A DNA stretch of 64,000 bases from Bacteroidota bacterium (GTDB lineage Bacteria; Bacteroidota; Bacteroidia; Chitinophagales; LD1). The stretch's first letter is position 1. Each line of letters opens with the position of its first letter. The stretch spans positions 32,828 through 96,827 of the forward strand of contig JAPLES010000009.1 of assembly GCA_026391075.1 (NCBI GenBank). The letters run 5' to 3'. A program made the translations under genes and the position numbers. The notes beneath the pieces are model-generated. The model was not told where the DNA came from. It made no database searches and saw only the letters and a program-made list of their open reading frames with translations. Of the stretch, positions 39,314-49,288 are shown one piece after another.

Positions 39314-42300
39314 CTACGCTTCTTTTCCGTGGCAATTTTTAAACTTCTTTCCGCTTCCGCAAGGACAAGGGTCGTTGCGACCGGTCTTGTCACCTACGCG
39401 AATCGGTTCCGGTTTCTTTTCTACTTCCTGTTGTTCCTGCTGACCGCCATCAGGATTTGGTCCGCTCATTATTTCGCCTCTGCCTTCCTGAATTTTTTTG
39501 GCAAACTGTTTTTGTTTTTCATTCTCCGCATTGCGAACTGCATCGGGATTTGACTGCGGCACTTGTCCTTTGAAAAGGAACGAAGCAATTTCGCGATTCA
39601 CTCCGCCAATCATTGATGAGAAAAGATTGAACGCCTCTTTTTTATAAATCACAATCGGGTCTTTCTGTTCGTAAGAAGCAAGTTGAACTTCCTGTTTCAA
39701 ATCATCTACTGCACGCAAATGGTGTTTCCAAACTTCGTCAATTAATGAAAGCGTTACCGCTTTTTCGAAATACGAAACAAGATTTTTGCCTTCGGTAGCC
39801 ATAGCATCTTGTAAGTCAATTAAAATATTCAATCCTTTTTTGCCATCGGTAAAAGGAACCGCCACGCGGTGAACTGAATCGCCCCGGGTCTGATGAATAT
39901 TTTTGAGTACCGGCAAAATGGTTTTGATCGTGTTTTCTGTTTTGCGTTTGTAAAGTTCTTTTGCTTCAGCAAATAATCTATTGGTAACTGTTTCAATGTT
40001 TGAGTTTCCTAATTCCTGTTGCGTAATTGTTGTATCCAACGAAAAATAACGAATCACATCCAATTTAAAATTATCGTAACCACCGCCATCATGGGCACTA
40101 GAAACAAGTTCTTCGCACAAATCATAGAAGCTGTTGTCGATGTCAAGTGAAAGTTGCTCTCCAAACAAAGCATGCTTGCGTTTCGAGTAAATTACTTCGC
40201 GCTGACGGTTCATGACATCATCGTATTCCAACAAACGTTTACGAATACCGAAGTTGTTTTCCTCTACCTTCTTCTGCGCGCGCTCAATTGATTTCGAAAT
40301 CATAGAATGCTGAATCACCTCCCCTTCTTCGTAACCCATTCGGTCCATCACCTTCACAATTCTATCAGAACCAAAGAGGCGCATCAATTCATCTTCCATT
40401 GAAACAAAAAACTGTGAACTGCCCGGGTCTCCCTGACGACCTGCACGACCGCGCAACTGCCTGTCCACTCTTCGTGAATCGTGACGCTCTGAACCGATGA
40501 TGGCAAGACCGCCTGCTTTCTTTACGTCATCTTTAATCTTGATATCGGTTCCCCGACCAGCCATGTTCGTGGCGATGGTTACGGTTCCTGCATTTCCTGC
40601 TTCTGCAACAATTTCTGCTTCGCGCTGATGTTGCTTCGCGTTCAACACATTGTGTTTAATCTTTCGCATCGTGAGCATACGTGCAAGTAATTCTGAAATT
40701 TCCACCGAAGTTGTTCCCACAAGAACCGGTCTTCCTTCGCCAGTCAGTTTCACAATTTCATCAATGATGGCATTGAATTTTTCTTTGCGCGTTTTGTAAA
40801 TCAAATCTTCCCGGTCATCGCGCACTACAGGGCGATTGGTTGGAATAGATGAAACTTCCAACTTGTAAATATCCCACAACTCCTGTGCTTCGGTTTCTGC
40901 AGTTCCCGTCATACCACACAACTTGTGAAACATGCGGAAATAATTTTGCAGTGTAATAGTCGCAAGCGTTTGCGAAGCTGATTCCACTTTCACATTTTCT
41001 TTTGCTTCAATGGCCTGATGCAAACCATCGCTGTATCGTCTTCCATCTAAAATACGACCGGTGTTTTCATCCACAATTTTCACCTTGCCATCCATTACTA
41101 CATAGTCTACATCTTTTTCAAAAAGTGTGTATGCTTTCAACAACTGGCTTACCGAGTGAATACGTTCACTCTTCTCACTGTAGTCGCGCATGAGCGAATC
41201 TTTGCGATTTATTTTTTCTTCTGAGGAAAGATTTTGCGTTTCAATTTCGGCAATCACACTACCCATATCAGGAATAACAAAGAAGTTCGCGTCTTCACCA
41301 GAGCCGGTAATGAGTTCAATTCCTTTGTCAGTTAATTCAACGCTGTTGTTTTTTTCATCAATGTGGAAGTAAAGTTCCTTATCCACCAACGGCATATTTT
41401 TTTGCTGCTCACCGAGATAAAAATTTTCAGTAGCCTGCATAATTTGCTTCATTCCGGCTTCGCTCAAAAATTTAATGAGTGCTGAATTGTTTGGCAAACC
41501 TCTATGCGCGCGGAACAAAGCTAAACCACCTTCACCTTCTTTTTCTCCTGTTTTTCCTTCTTTGATTAAGCGCTTAGCATCTGTCAAAAACTGATTAGTA
41601 ATTTTTTTCTGAACATCAAACAGTTTTTGAATGCGCGGTTTCAATTCCTGAAATTGTTTTTCATCATCAGAATCAACCTGACCCGATATGATGAGCGGAG
41701 TTCTTGCATCATCAATCAAAACAGAATCTACTTCATCTACCATTCCAAAATGATGTTTTCGTTGAACCATTTCATTTGGATCGTTCACCATGTTATCGCG
41801 CAGGTAATCGAAACCGAATTCATTATTGGTTCCGTAAGTAATGTCAGCTAAATAAGCATTGCGTCTTGCTTCGCTGTGCGGTTGATATTTATCAATACAA
41901 TCAACGCGCAAACCGAGAAATTGAAAAATTGGTCCGTTCCATTCGCTGTCTCTTCGCGCCAAATAATCGTTCACCGTTACAATGTGAACGCCTTCACCCG
42001 CGAGTGCATTCGTATAGGCAGGAAGAGTAGCCACTAAGGTTTTTCCTTCGCCCGTTCCCATTTCGGCAATCTTGCCCTGATGCAAAACCATTCCCCCAAT
42101 CAACTGCACATCGTAATGCACCATTTCCCATTTCACTTCGCTGCCCGCAGCCAGCCATGTGCTTGAGTAGGTAACTTTATCGCCATCAATTTTTATGTTC
42201 TGAAATTTAACCGCGAGTTCTCTATCTAAATCGGTAGCCGTTGCCTCAAGTGCTGCGTTATTGCTAAAACGGAAAGCTGTTTCTTTCACCACCGCAAATG

Positions 42301-42634
42301 CTTGCGGCAAAAGTTCTTTGAGCACTTCTTCAATTTGTTTGTCGCGGTCTTTGCGCAACTCATCAATTTTTTTGTAGTGACCATCCTTTGCCTGCAAATC
42401 CTCCTCGGCTTCTGCCAGTTCTTTCAGCTCTGCAATTTCTTTATCAATGATTGAAAGATGCTCTGTAATGCGCGCACGAAATTCTATGGTTTTGTTGCGC
42501 AACTCATCGTTGCTCAAACTTTTCAGCTTTTCGTATTCCGCATTTATTTCCGCAACCACAGGTTGCATTTCTTTATACTCACGGTCACTTTTGTTACCGA
42601 AAATTGATTTCACTATGTTATCGAAAAAGCCCAT
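39314..42634 (-). CDS. secA: preprotein translocase ATPase SecA
   Basis: MGTGEGKT Walker A, DEVDSVLIDDARTPLIIS, TNMAGRGTDI, and a C-terminal zinc motif CPCGSGKKFKNCHG. Confidence 0.97.
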   Translation of the reverse strand: MGFFDNIVKSIFGNKSDREYKEMQPVVAEINAEYEKLKSLSNDELRNKTIEFRARITEHLSIIDKEIAELKELAEAEEDLQAKDGHYKKIDELRKDRDKQIEEVLKELLPQAFAVVKETAFRFSNNAALEATATDLDRELAVKFQNIKIDGDKVTYSSTWLAAGSEVKWEMVHYDVQLIGGMVLHQGKIAEMGTGEGKTLVATLPAYTNALAGEGVHIVTVNDYLARRDSEWNGPIFQFLGLRVDCIDKYQPHSEARRNAYLADITYGTNNEFGFDYLRDNMVNDPNEMVQRKHHFGMVDEVDSVLIDDARTPLIISGQVDSDDEKQFQELKPRIQKLFDVQKKITNQFLTDAKRLIKEGKTGEKEGEGGLALFRAHRGLPNNSALIKFLSEAGMKQIMQATENFYLGEQQKNMPLVDKELYFHIDEKNNSVELTDKGIELITGSGEDANFFVIPDMGSVIAEIETQNLSSEEKINRKDSLMRDYSEKSERIHSVSQLLKAYTLFEKDVDYVVMDGKVKIVDENTGRILDGRRYSDGLHQAIEAKENVKVESASQTLATITLQNYFRMFHKLCGMTGTAETEAQELWDIYKLEVSSIPTNRPVVRDDREDLIYKTRKEKFNAIIDEIVKLTGEGRPVLVGTTSVEISELLARMLTMRKIKHNVLNAKQHQREAEIVAEAGNAGTVTIATNMAGRGTDIKIKDDVKKAGGLAIIGSERHDSRRVDRQLRGRAGRQGDPGSSQFFVSMEDELMRLFGSDRIVKVMDRMGYEEGEVIQHSMISKSIERAQKKVEENNFGIRKRLLEYDDVMNRQREVIYSKRKHALFGEQLSLDIDNSFYDLCEELVSSAHDGGGYDNFKLDVIRYFSLDTTITQQELGNSNIETVTNRLFAEAKELYKRKTENTIKTILPVLKNIHQTRGDSVHRVAVPFTDGKKGLNILIDLQDAMATEGKNLVSYFEKAVTLSLIDEVWKHHLRAVDDLKQEVQLASYEQKDPIVIYKKEAFNLFSSMIGGVNREIASFLFKGQVPQSNPDAVRNAENEKQKQFAKKIQEGRGEIMSGPNPDGGQQEQQEVEKKPEPIRVGDKTGRNDPCPCGSGKKFKNCHGKEA

Positions 42635-42647
42635 GGGAAAAGTTAAA

Positions 42648-42675
42648 GGTTAATTGTTATTGGTTAATCGTTTTG
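42648..42675. repeat. heptamer-phased repeat (ggttaat tgttatt ggttaat cgttttg) upstream of secA
   Basis: Read directly in the secA/purD divergent intergenic region. Confidence 0.55.
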
Positions 42676-42843
42676 ACTGCCTTCTTTATTGTAAAGGGGT
42701 GCTAAACTAAAAGTTTTGCCGAAGCGGTTGAATTCAATAATCAGGCAAAGGATTTTTTAAAGAATTATTGGCAGAGTGTGGAGAATATATGCGCGAATGT
42801 GTCCGCTGCGATTTTAGATTCGCGCCATAAATTCTGAATCAAG

Positions 42844-44118
42844 ATGAAGATATTGTTGTTGGGTGCCGGTGGTCGCGAACATGCTTTTGCCTGGAAACTT
42901 TCTCAAAGCCCACTGTGCGAAAAACTTTTTATTGCTCCGGGAAATGCAGGAACTTCTAAGCATGGAGAAAACGTAGCGATTGGCGTGAATGATTTTGATG
43001 CGATTGAAAAATTTGTTCTAGAAAATAAAATTGAACTGGTTGTGGTTGGCCCCGAAGACCCTTTGGTGAATGGCATCTACGATTATTTTCAGGCGAAAGA
43101 TGAATTAAAAAACCTCCCTGTTATCGGCCCGTCAAAAGCAGGCGCGCAGTTGGAAGGCAGCAAAGCATTTGCAAAACAGTTTATGGTTCGTCACGGAATT
43201 CCAACTGCTGCTTACGGAGAATTTACCATTGAAAATTTAGAAGATGGTTTTGATTTTATTGATGAGCAAACTCCGCCTATTGTTTTAAAAGCCGATGGAT
43301 TAGCTGCTGGCAAAGGCGTTCTGATTATTAGCGAACACGGAGAAGCGAAAGACAATCTCCGCGAAATGATTGAGCAAAATAAATTCGGAAAGGCAAGTGC
43401 GAAGGTGGTGATTGAAGAATTTTTAAAAGGAATTGAGTTTTCTGTTTTTGTATTGACCGATGGAGTGAATTATAAAATTCTTCCCAACGCAAAAGATTAT
43501 AAACGCATTGGCGAAGGCGATACAGGATTAAACACGGGCGGCATGGGTTGCATTTCTCCAGTTCCGTTTGTAGATGATGTGCTAATGAAAAAAGTAGAAG
43601 AGCGCGTAATCATTCCCACCATTCAAGGATTGAAAAAAGACAATATTGTTTACAAAGGGTTTATCTATATCGGCTTTATGAACGTGAATGGCGAACCTTA
43701 TGTAATTGAATACAATTGCAGAATGGGTGACCCGGAGACCGAGATTGTGTTGCCTCGTATTAAGAACGATTTAGTAGAACTTTTAGTAGCAGTAGGCGGT
43801 GGCAGTTTGCAGGAAATGCAAATTGAAATTGATGAGCGTGCATGCGCAACTGTGATTGTCGCATCGGGCGGATATCCCGAAGATTACGAGAAGGGAAAAG
43901 AGATTTCGGGTTTGAATGATGTAGGAGATTCAATTGTTTTTCATGCAGGCACAAAAGCAGAAGGCGATAAAATTTTGAGCAATGGAGGAAGAGTTCTTGC
44001 GGTTAGTTCTTACGGCAAAGATATTCACGAGGCCGTTGCTAAATCGAATGCTGCTATTGAGAAAATAAATTTTGAGGGGAAATATTATCGGAAAGATATC
44101 GGCTATGAGTTTCGATAA
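42844..44118 (+). CDS. purD: phosphoribosylamine-glycine ligase
   Basis: MKILLLGAGGREHAFAWKL, and ATP-grasp blocks (VLKADGLAAGKGV, EYNCRMGDPE). Confidence 0.96.
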   Translation: MKILLLGAGGREHAFAWKLSQSPLCEKLFIAPGNAGTSKHGENVAIGVNDFDAIEKFVLENKIELVVVGPEDPLVNGIYDYFQAKDELKNLPVIGPSKAGAQLEGSKAFAKQFMVRHGIPTAAYGEFTIENLEDGFDFIDEQTPPIVLKADGLAAGKGVLIISEHGEAKDNLREMIEQNKFGKASAKVVIEEFLKGIEFSVFVLTDGVNYKILPNAKDYKRIGEGDTGLNTGGMGCISPVPFVDDVLMKKVEERVIIPTIQGLKKDNIVYKGFIYIGFMNVNGEPYVIEYNCRMGDPETEIVLPRIKNDLVELLVAVGGGSLQEMQIEIDERACATVIVASGGYPEDYEKGKEISGLNDVGDSIVFHAGTKAEGDKILSNGGRVLAVSSYGKDIHEAVAKSNAAIEKINFEGKYYRKDIGYEFR

Positions 44119-44122
44119 TTTA

Positions 44123-44160
44123 GAAGTTCCACTTTTTTAAAAAGTGGAACTTCCGTTTTT
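44123..44160 (+). terminator. rho-independent terminator after purD
   Basis: gaagttccacttt (44123-35) pairs perfectly with aaagtggaacttc (44141-53), then cgttttt. Confidence 0.8.
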
Positions 44161-44198
44161 AATCATACCAAACTCACTTCAATTTCTATTTTTAGCGC

Positions 44199-44849
44199 AT
44201 GGCAAAAACAGCTTTAATAATCGGGGCAACAGGTTTGGTGGGTGAGCAATGTTTAAACGAGTTGCTTGCTTCTGCGGCTTATGAAAAAGTGATTGCACTA
44301 ACAAGGAAAAAGCTTGCGTTACAAAATCCGAAACTTCAAAATATCGTTACCGATTTTGAAAATCTTGAGCTCATCAAAGACCAACTGAAAGCCGATGATA
44401 TTTTTTGCGCTATGGGAACTACCATTGGCAAAGCAGGAAGTAAGGATGCGTTTAGGAAAGTAGATTTTGAAATTCCATTGCACGTAGCTCAACTCAGTTT
44501 ATGGAATGGCGCTAAAAAATTCATCCTTGTTTCGACTTTGGGTGCCGATGCTGCCTCTCTTGTTTTTTATAGCAAAACAAAAGGTGAACTCGAGCATGCT
44601 TTGATGGACTTGAAGTTTGAATCGCTGGTTATTTTGCGCCCTTCAATTTTATTGGGAGATAGAAAAGAAAGAAGAGTTGGAGAAGAAATCGGAAGATTTG
44701 CCGCTGAAAAGCTTTCGTTTCTTTTCGCAGGACCTTTGAAAAAATATCGTGGCACACCTGCTGACCTGCTAGGTAAATTGATGGTAAGCATGGCGCAGCA
44801 AAAAATAAAAGGAGTTAGAATTTTAGAGAACGAAGAAATTTTGAGTTAA
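44199..44849 (+). CDS. NAD(P)-binding Rossmann-fold protein (atypical SDR / HTATIP2-like)
   Basis: ALIIGATGLVGEQ glycine-rich loop; 216 aa. Confidence 0.7.
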   Translation: MAKTALIIGATGLVGEQCLNELLASAAYEKVIALTRKKLALQNPKLQNIVTDFENLELIKDQLKADDIFCAMGTTIGKAGSKDAFRKVDFEIPLHVAQLSLWNGAKKFILVSTLGADAASLVFYSKTKGELEHALMDLKFESLVILRPSILLGDRKERRVGEEIGRFAAEKLSFLFAGPLKKYRGTPADLLGKLMVSMAQQKIKGVRILENEEILS

Positions 44850-47225
44850 GTGAAAAAGAACAGACAACAGACGACAGACAACAGACAACGGATAAAGACA
44901 TTGAACTCTTTGTCTTTATCTGCTTTCCTATTTCTTGTTTCATTTCAATTTTCTTTTTCGCAAGGCGATAGCACGAGTGGCATTATCAAACTTCGTCAGC
45001 GGTTGGTGCATATTAAACATGATGAAGGAAAAGAAACCGTTGACTCGTTTCGTATTCTGCATGTAATGATTGGCGGCAATGTTTATCAAACCGAAAAACA
45101 TTTGAACTACGCTTACGATGAAAAAACTAAGAAATATGATTTCAGAAATGAGTTCAAGTACATTCAACCGATTTTAAATCTTGGTGACATCTCCATTGTG
45201 AATTTGAAAACATCGTTTGGCAACAACGTAAAAAATATGTTTTCAGCTCCCGATGAATTTGCCTTGGCGCTAAAATATGCGGGCATCAATGTGGCTATGC
45301 ACGCCAATATTCACACGGCTAATATCAGCAAAGCGATGTTGAAGCGCACGCGCGATTTGCTGAACACCTATGATATGTATCACACGGGTGCGTTCACCGA
45401 TAATATGCAACGCAACGGAAACTATCCGCTTATTATCAACAAAAAAGGTTTTCGAATTGCGGTGTTGAATTATACGCGTGTAACTAATCGCCCGTCTATC
45501 TCCCGAGATTTTATCATTAACGAAATTGACAAGTTTACCATTCAGCGCGATATGCGAATGGCGTTGGCGCAAAAACCCGATTTTATAATTGCCTATTTCG
45601 ATTGGGGCGCGAACAATCAGGAAACTCCCAACTATATGCAAATGGATATTGCGCAATATGCGTTTCAGTTGGGCGCGAATATGGTGGTGGGTACTAACCC
45701 AAATGCCCCCATGCGCATTGACTACAACAATTACAATCGCAATGGCGAAATGAAAGAAGGTATCGTGGCTTACTCACTCGGAAATTTAATTGCGAGTAAT
45801 GACGAGGTAAAAAACCGCAAGGGTTATTTGATTGATTTGGAGTTGAAGAAAAATAATTTCACAGGCGAAACCGATGTGAACGATTGGGGCGCAATCCCCG
45901 TTTACACTTATTACGATACTACATCCGCAAATGGCGCAACAAAAGTTTTTTCGGTGCCGTGTTCTAATATCGAGAGTGGAGATATTTTTCCAAAGATTCC
46001 TTACATCGAAAAAAGAAGAGCCGTGAATTGCGCGTATGATGTGCGCAAACTTTTAGGCGCAACTGCGGATGAAATTCAATACAATCTCAACGAGCTTATC
46101 GTCAACAACGTTCAGGAAACTATTGACATCACGAGCGCATCGCTCAACAATAAATTCAGTCAAAAACGCGCCAGTGAAATTGAACCGGCTGATGCACCTG
46201 TTTTGCCAATGGCAAGTTTAGGGTCAAACAATCCGCCATCAATCGCTGTGTTATATGAAGAGCCGATTAAAGCGGAAACGCCTGTAGGAAAACAATATCC
46301 TAAAGCAAAAAGTATTCTTGACAATACAACCGAAGCAAGTGCGCTGACATCGAAACCAATAAATGGAAATGCGCCTAATCTTTATCCACAAGCAACAGAT
46401 AGTGTTACTCGGAAAACAATTACAGCTGTTTTGAATAATGAAAGTGTGGCGTTGAAAATTCCTACCGCAGATACTTCAGCTACAAATCCTGTTGTTGCAG
46501 AAAACAAAAAGGAGAATAAGAAAGCTTCAGCTAAAGAAAAAAATACAGTTGAGAAGAAAGCAGATGTAGTTGTTGCAAACAACGATTCAACAAAAATTGT
46601 TGCCGTTGCGAAAACCAAGGTTGCATCAAACGATAGTTCATCAATTGCAAAAAGCAATAAACAGAGCAGCGAGAATTTATTGACAGAAAAAGATTCTGTA
46701 AATAGAAAAAGCAAAACAACTGTTATTGATACATCAACCGCAAAAAACAAAACCAAAAATCAACCTGCTAATACGAATTATCACACCGTTGGCAATGATT
46801 ATGAACTGAAAGAAAAAGAGAGTACAGCAGCTAAACAGAAAAAAGCAGTAGCAGAAACTAAGGAAAGAGAAAAAGAAACCGCTATTGAAATAAACTCAAA
46901 CGCTACCGAGAATATTGCTGCAAAAAACACTTCATTACCTAGCACCGAAATTAAAACAATCAATGGAGCAAATTCGAAAGTGGTGTTTGATACTTTTTAT
47001 CGCATTCAGTTTTATGCACTCAAAAAATTCATTCCCCTCGACACAAACTACTACACACACTTGAAAGGATACGAAGTTCTGGAAGAAGATGGCTTGTTCA
47101 AATATTTGCTCGGCAAATTTAAAACCAACGAAGAGTGCGAACAATATTGGAAGACGCAAATACAACCGCGCTACAAGCAAAGTTTCATCAGTAAGTATGT
47201 TTCAGGCAAAAGAATTTTACAATGA
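44850..47225 (+). CDS. CapA-like (metallophosphatase-fold) protein fused through a long K/T/S/N-rich linker to a C-terminal SPOR domain
   Basis: The N-terminal half resembles the CapA/PGA_cap family. About 300 aa are low complexity. C-terminal FYRIQFYALKKF...FKYLLGKFKTNEECEQYW is SPOR-like. Start is uncertain (GTG 44850 or TTG 44901). Confidence 0.6.
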   Translation: MKKNRQQTTDNRQRIKTLNSLSLSAFLFLVSFQFSFSQGDSTSGIIKLRQRLVHIKHDEGKETVDSFRILHVMIGGNVYQTEKHLNYAYDEKTKKYDFRNEFKYIQPILNLGDISIVNLKTSFGNNVKNMFSAPDEFALALKYAGINVAMHANIHTANISKAMLKRTRDLLNTYDMYHTGAFTDNMQRNGNYPLIINKKGFRIAVLNYTRVTNRPSISRDFIINEIDKFTIQRDMRMALAQKPDFIIAYFDWGANNQETPNYMQMDIAQYAFQLGANMVVGTNPNAPMRIDYNNYNRNGEMKEGIVAYSLGNLIASNDEVKNRKGYLIDLELKKNNFTGETDVNDWGAIPVYTYYDTTSANGATKVFSVPCSNIESGDIFPKIPYIEKRRAVNCAYDVRKLLGATADEIQYNLNELIVNNVQETIDITSASLNNKFSQKRASEIEPADAPVLPMASLGSNNPPSIAVLYEEPIKAETPVGKQYPKAKSILDNTTEASALTSKPINGNAPNLYPQATDSVTRKTITAVLNNESVALKIPTADTSATNPVVAENKKENKKASAKEKNTVEKKADVVVANNDSTKIVAVAKTKVASNDSSSIAKSNKQSSENLLTEKDSVNRKSKTTVIDTSTAKNKTKNQPANTNYHTVGNDYELKEKESTAAKQKKAVAETKEREKETAIEINSNATENIAAKNTSLPSTEIKTINGANSKVVFDTFYRIQFYALKKFIPLDTNYYTHLKGYEVLEEDGLFKYLLGKFKTNEECEQYWKTQIQPRYKQSFISKYVSGKRILQ
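44861..44919. repeat. (CAGACAA)4-5 heptamer array followed by a 9-bp hairpin
   Basis: cagacaa cagacga cagacaa cagacaa cggataa, then ataaagaca (44892-900) pairs with tgtctttat (44911-19). Confidence 0.8.
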
Positions 47226-47941
47226 ACCTGGCGGTGGACATAGGAAACACACAGGTAAAACTGGGACTGTTTGAACAGAACGAACTCAAAGAAGTTTTTC
47301 ACGATGAGCACAGCATAGATGATATTTTGAAAAACTTCAAAATCGAAAATGCTATTCTTTCAAAAACGGGTTCAAGCGAATTAGTAGAGTTCAAATTATC
47401 GCAGAAGAAAAAAATCAAAACACTTTTCCTTTCGCACGAATTGAAACTGCCTTTGAAAATTTTGTATGCAACGCCTCAAACACTCGGTGCCGATAGAATT
47501 GCAGGAAGCGTAGCAGCTAACTCTCTCTTCCCTCAAAAAAATGTTTTGAAAATTGATTTTGGCACTTGTATTACTTATGATTTTGTAAATGCACAAAACG
47601 AATTTTGCGGTGGTGCTATTTCACCCGGCATGATGATGCGCTTTAAAGCACTACACAATTACACCGCTAAACTTCCGCTCATTGACCCTATGCAGTTTAC
47701 TTCCTTTGAATTGACAGGAACAGATACTGCTACTTCTATTTTGAGTGGTGTAGTAAATGGAATAAAACAAGAAGCTGACGGCATAATAAATGAATATAAA
47801 TTGCGTTTTGGTGAGCTGAATGTAGTGGCTACCGGAGGCGATGCGGGTTTATTTGTTTCTCTGCTCAAAACTGAGATATTTGCCCGCCCTTATTTAGTCC
47901 TCGAGGGGTTGAACCGCATTATGAATTATAATCTTCCATGA
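47222..47941 (+). CDS. coaX: type III pantothenate kinase
   Basis: LAVDIGNTQVKLGLF, TLGADRI, and ATGGDA. ATGA overlap with the upstream gene. Confidence 0.9.
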   Translation: MNLAVDIGNTQVKLGLFEQNELKEVFHDEHSIDDILKNFKIENAILSKTGSSELVEFKLSQKKKIKTLFLSHELKLPLKILYATPQTLGADRIAGSVAANSLFPQKNVLKIDFGTCITYDFVNAQNEFCGGAISPGMMMRFKALHNYTAKLPLIDPMQFTSFELTGTDTATSILSGVVNGIKQEADGIINEYKLRFGELNVVATGGDAGLFVSLLKTEIFARPYLVLEGLNRIMNYNLP

Positions 47942-49287
47942 AAAAAATATTTGCATCTCTGTTTAGCACCCGAACTTTCAGCATGAATTTTCGGATTTTG
48001 GCGATGCTGTTCGTTGTTCAATTTTCAATATTTAATTTTCAATCTGCTTTCGCTCAGGCATCTTCGCCTTACTCCCGTTACGGTTTGGGCTACGTTCGTT
48101 CAACTGTTTTTTCGGCTAACAAAGGAATGGGTGAATTGGCTGCTCCTTATTTCAGTTCTGTAAATATAAATTACGCAAACCCTGCTTCCTATGCTTCGCT
48201 CACACGCACTACAGTTGAAATAGGTGCCAACTTTGACGGACTAAGCATTGTTAAGGATTCTACTTATAAAGCTTCGAGTGGCGGCATCAGTCATTTTGCA
48301 ATTGCGTTTGTTCCAAATCCCAAAAAGAACAGCTATGCTATCAGTCTTGGTTTGCTTCCATATACTAATATCAATTACACTTTCATTCAGAATTTTAATG
48401 ATTCTGCTATTGGCACTTATCGCGAAGTATTCAGCGGAACAGGTTCACTTTACCAGGTGTATGCGGGTGGTGCTTACAAAGTGAAAGGCTTTTCAATAGG
48501 AGCAAATTTTGGGTTTTTGTTCGGCAAATTAGATTATCAAAAAACCATCACTTTCCCCGATAGTATAGAAGCGTATAGCACACGTAACATTACCAACCTG
48601 AACGTGAAAAGTTTTATCTACAACATAGGCATACAATATCAGCGCAGAATTTTTCATAACGATAACGACCCCGATGCACGCAGCGATATCTTCTTTACGT
48701 TTGGTGCTTATGGTTCAAGCGGAATGAAAATGGATGCGAAACTTTCGAATCGTTGGGAGCGATTTGAATACAATTCTACCTACGGATTTATTGCAGTTGA
48801 TACGGCAGCGGCTTCGTTCAACAAAAAATCAAAAATCAATTTGCCTTTTAATATTGGAACGGGTGTAATGTTTGGTAACGAGCGCTATTGGATGGCGGGT
48901 ATCGATTTCAAATTCATGAACTGGAAAAATTTCACTTCACCTTTGAACAATGCAGGGCTGAATGATAGCTGGAGAATTTCTGTGGGCTTTCAAATTACAC
49001 CGAAGTATGATGAACTCGACAAGAAAAAATATTTGAGCCGCGTGCAATATCGTTTTGGCGGTTACTATGGTGTTAGTGAAATCAACCTAAACGGAAAAGC
49101 ACTTACGCAGGCAGGTGGAACTATCGGAATTGGATTTCCATTCCGTTCAGTGGGCAGATTAAATATCAGTGGCGATTTCGGCACGCGTGGCGGGAGTGAC
49201 AAAAGCATTTTCCGCGAAAACTATTACAAACTCACCTTCGGCTTTGTGTTGAACGATATCTGGTTTATCAAGCGTAAATTTGATTGA
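47938..49287 (+). CDS. putative outer-membrane beta-barrel protein
   Basis: Signal peptide ending AFAQ, alternating beta-strand pattern, aromatic C-terminus (…WFIKRKFD). Sits between coaX and lptC. Confidence 0.5.
   Translation: MKKIFASLFSTRTFSMNFRILAMLFVVQFSIFNFQSAFAQASSPYSRYGLGYVRSTVFSANKGMGELAAPYFSSVNINYANPASYASLTRTTVEIGANFDGLSIVKDSTYKASSGGISHFAIAFVPNPKKNSYAISLGLLPYTNINYTFIQNFNDSAIGTYREVFSGTGSLYQVYAGGAYKVKGFSIGANFGFLFGKLDYQKTITFPDSIEAYSTRNITNLNVKSFIYNIGIQYQRRIFHNDNDPDARSDIFFTFGAYGSSGMKMDAKLSNRWERFEYNSTYGFIAVDTAAASFNKKSKINLPFNIGTGVMFGNERYWMAGIDFKFMNWKNFTSPLNNAGLNDSWRISVGFQITPKYDELDKKKYLSRVQYRFGGYYGVSEINLNGKALTQAGGTIGIGFPFRSVGRLNISGDFGTRGGSDKSIFRENYYKLTFGFVLNDIWFIKRKFD
48016..48043. repeat. 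heptamer tandem repeat (gttcaat tttcaat atttaat tttcaat) encoding a signal-peptide core
   Basis: Read directly; it encodes VQFSIFNFQS of the signal peptide. Confidence 0.75.
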
Positions 49288-49288
49288 G

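Noticed and set aside
39261-39443. 60-aa plus-strand ORF after the FG-GAP gene
   Set aside because: It spans the bidirectional terminator and then runs antisense to the secA 3' end (the zinc-finger region), so it is unlikely to be coding.
42791-42825. Hairpin gcgcgaat-N19-attcgcgc lying 18 nt upstream of purD, considered as a purine or ZTP riboswitch
   Set aside because: It is only an 8-bp stem. I see none of the conserved ZTP (pfl) or purine-riboswitch core sequences, and the leader is too short for those folds. It may still be a minor regulatory hairpin.
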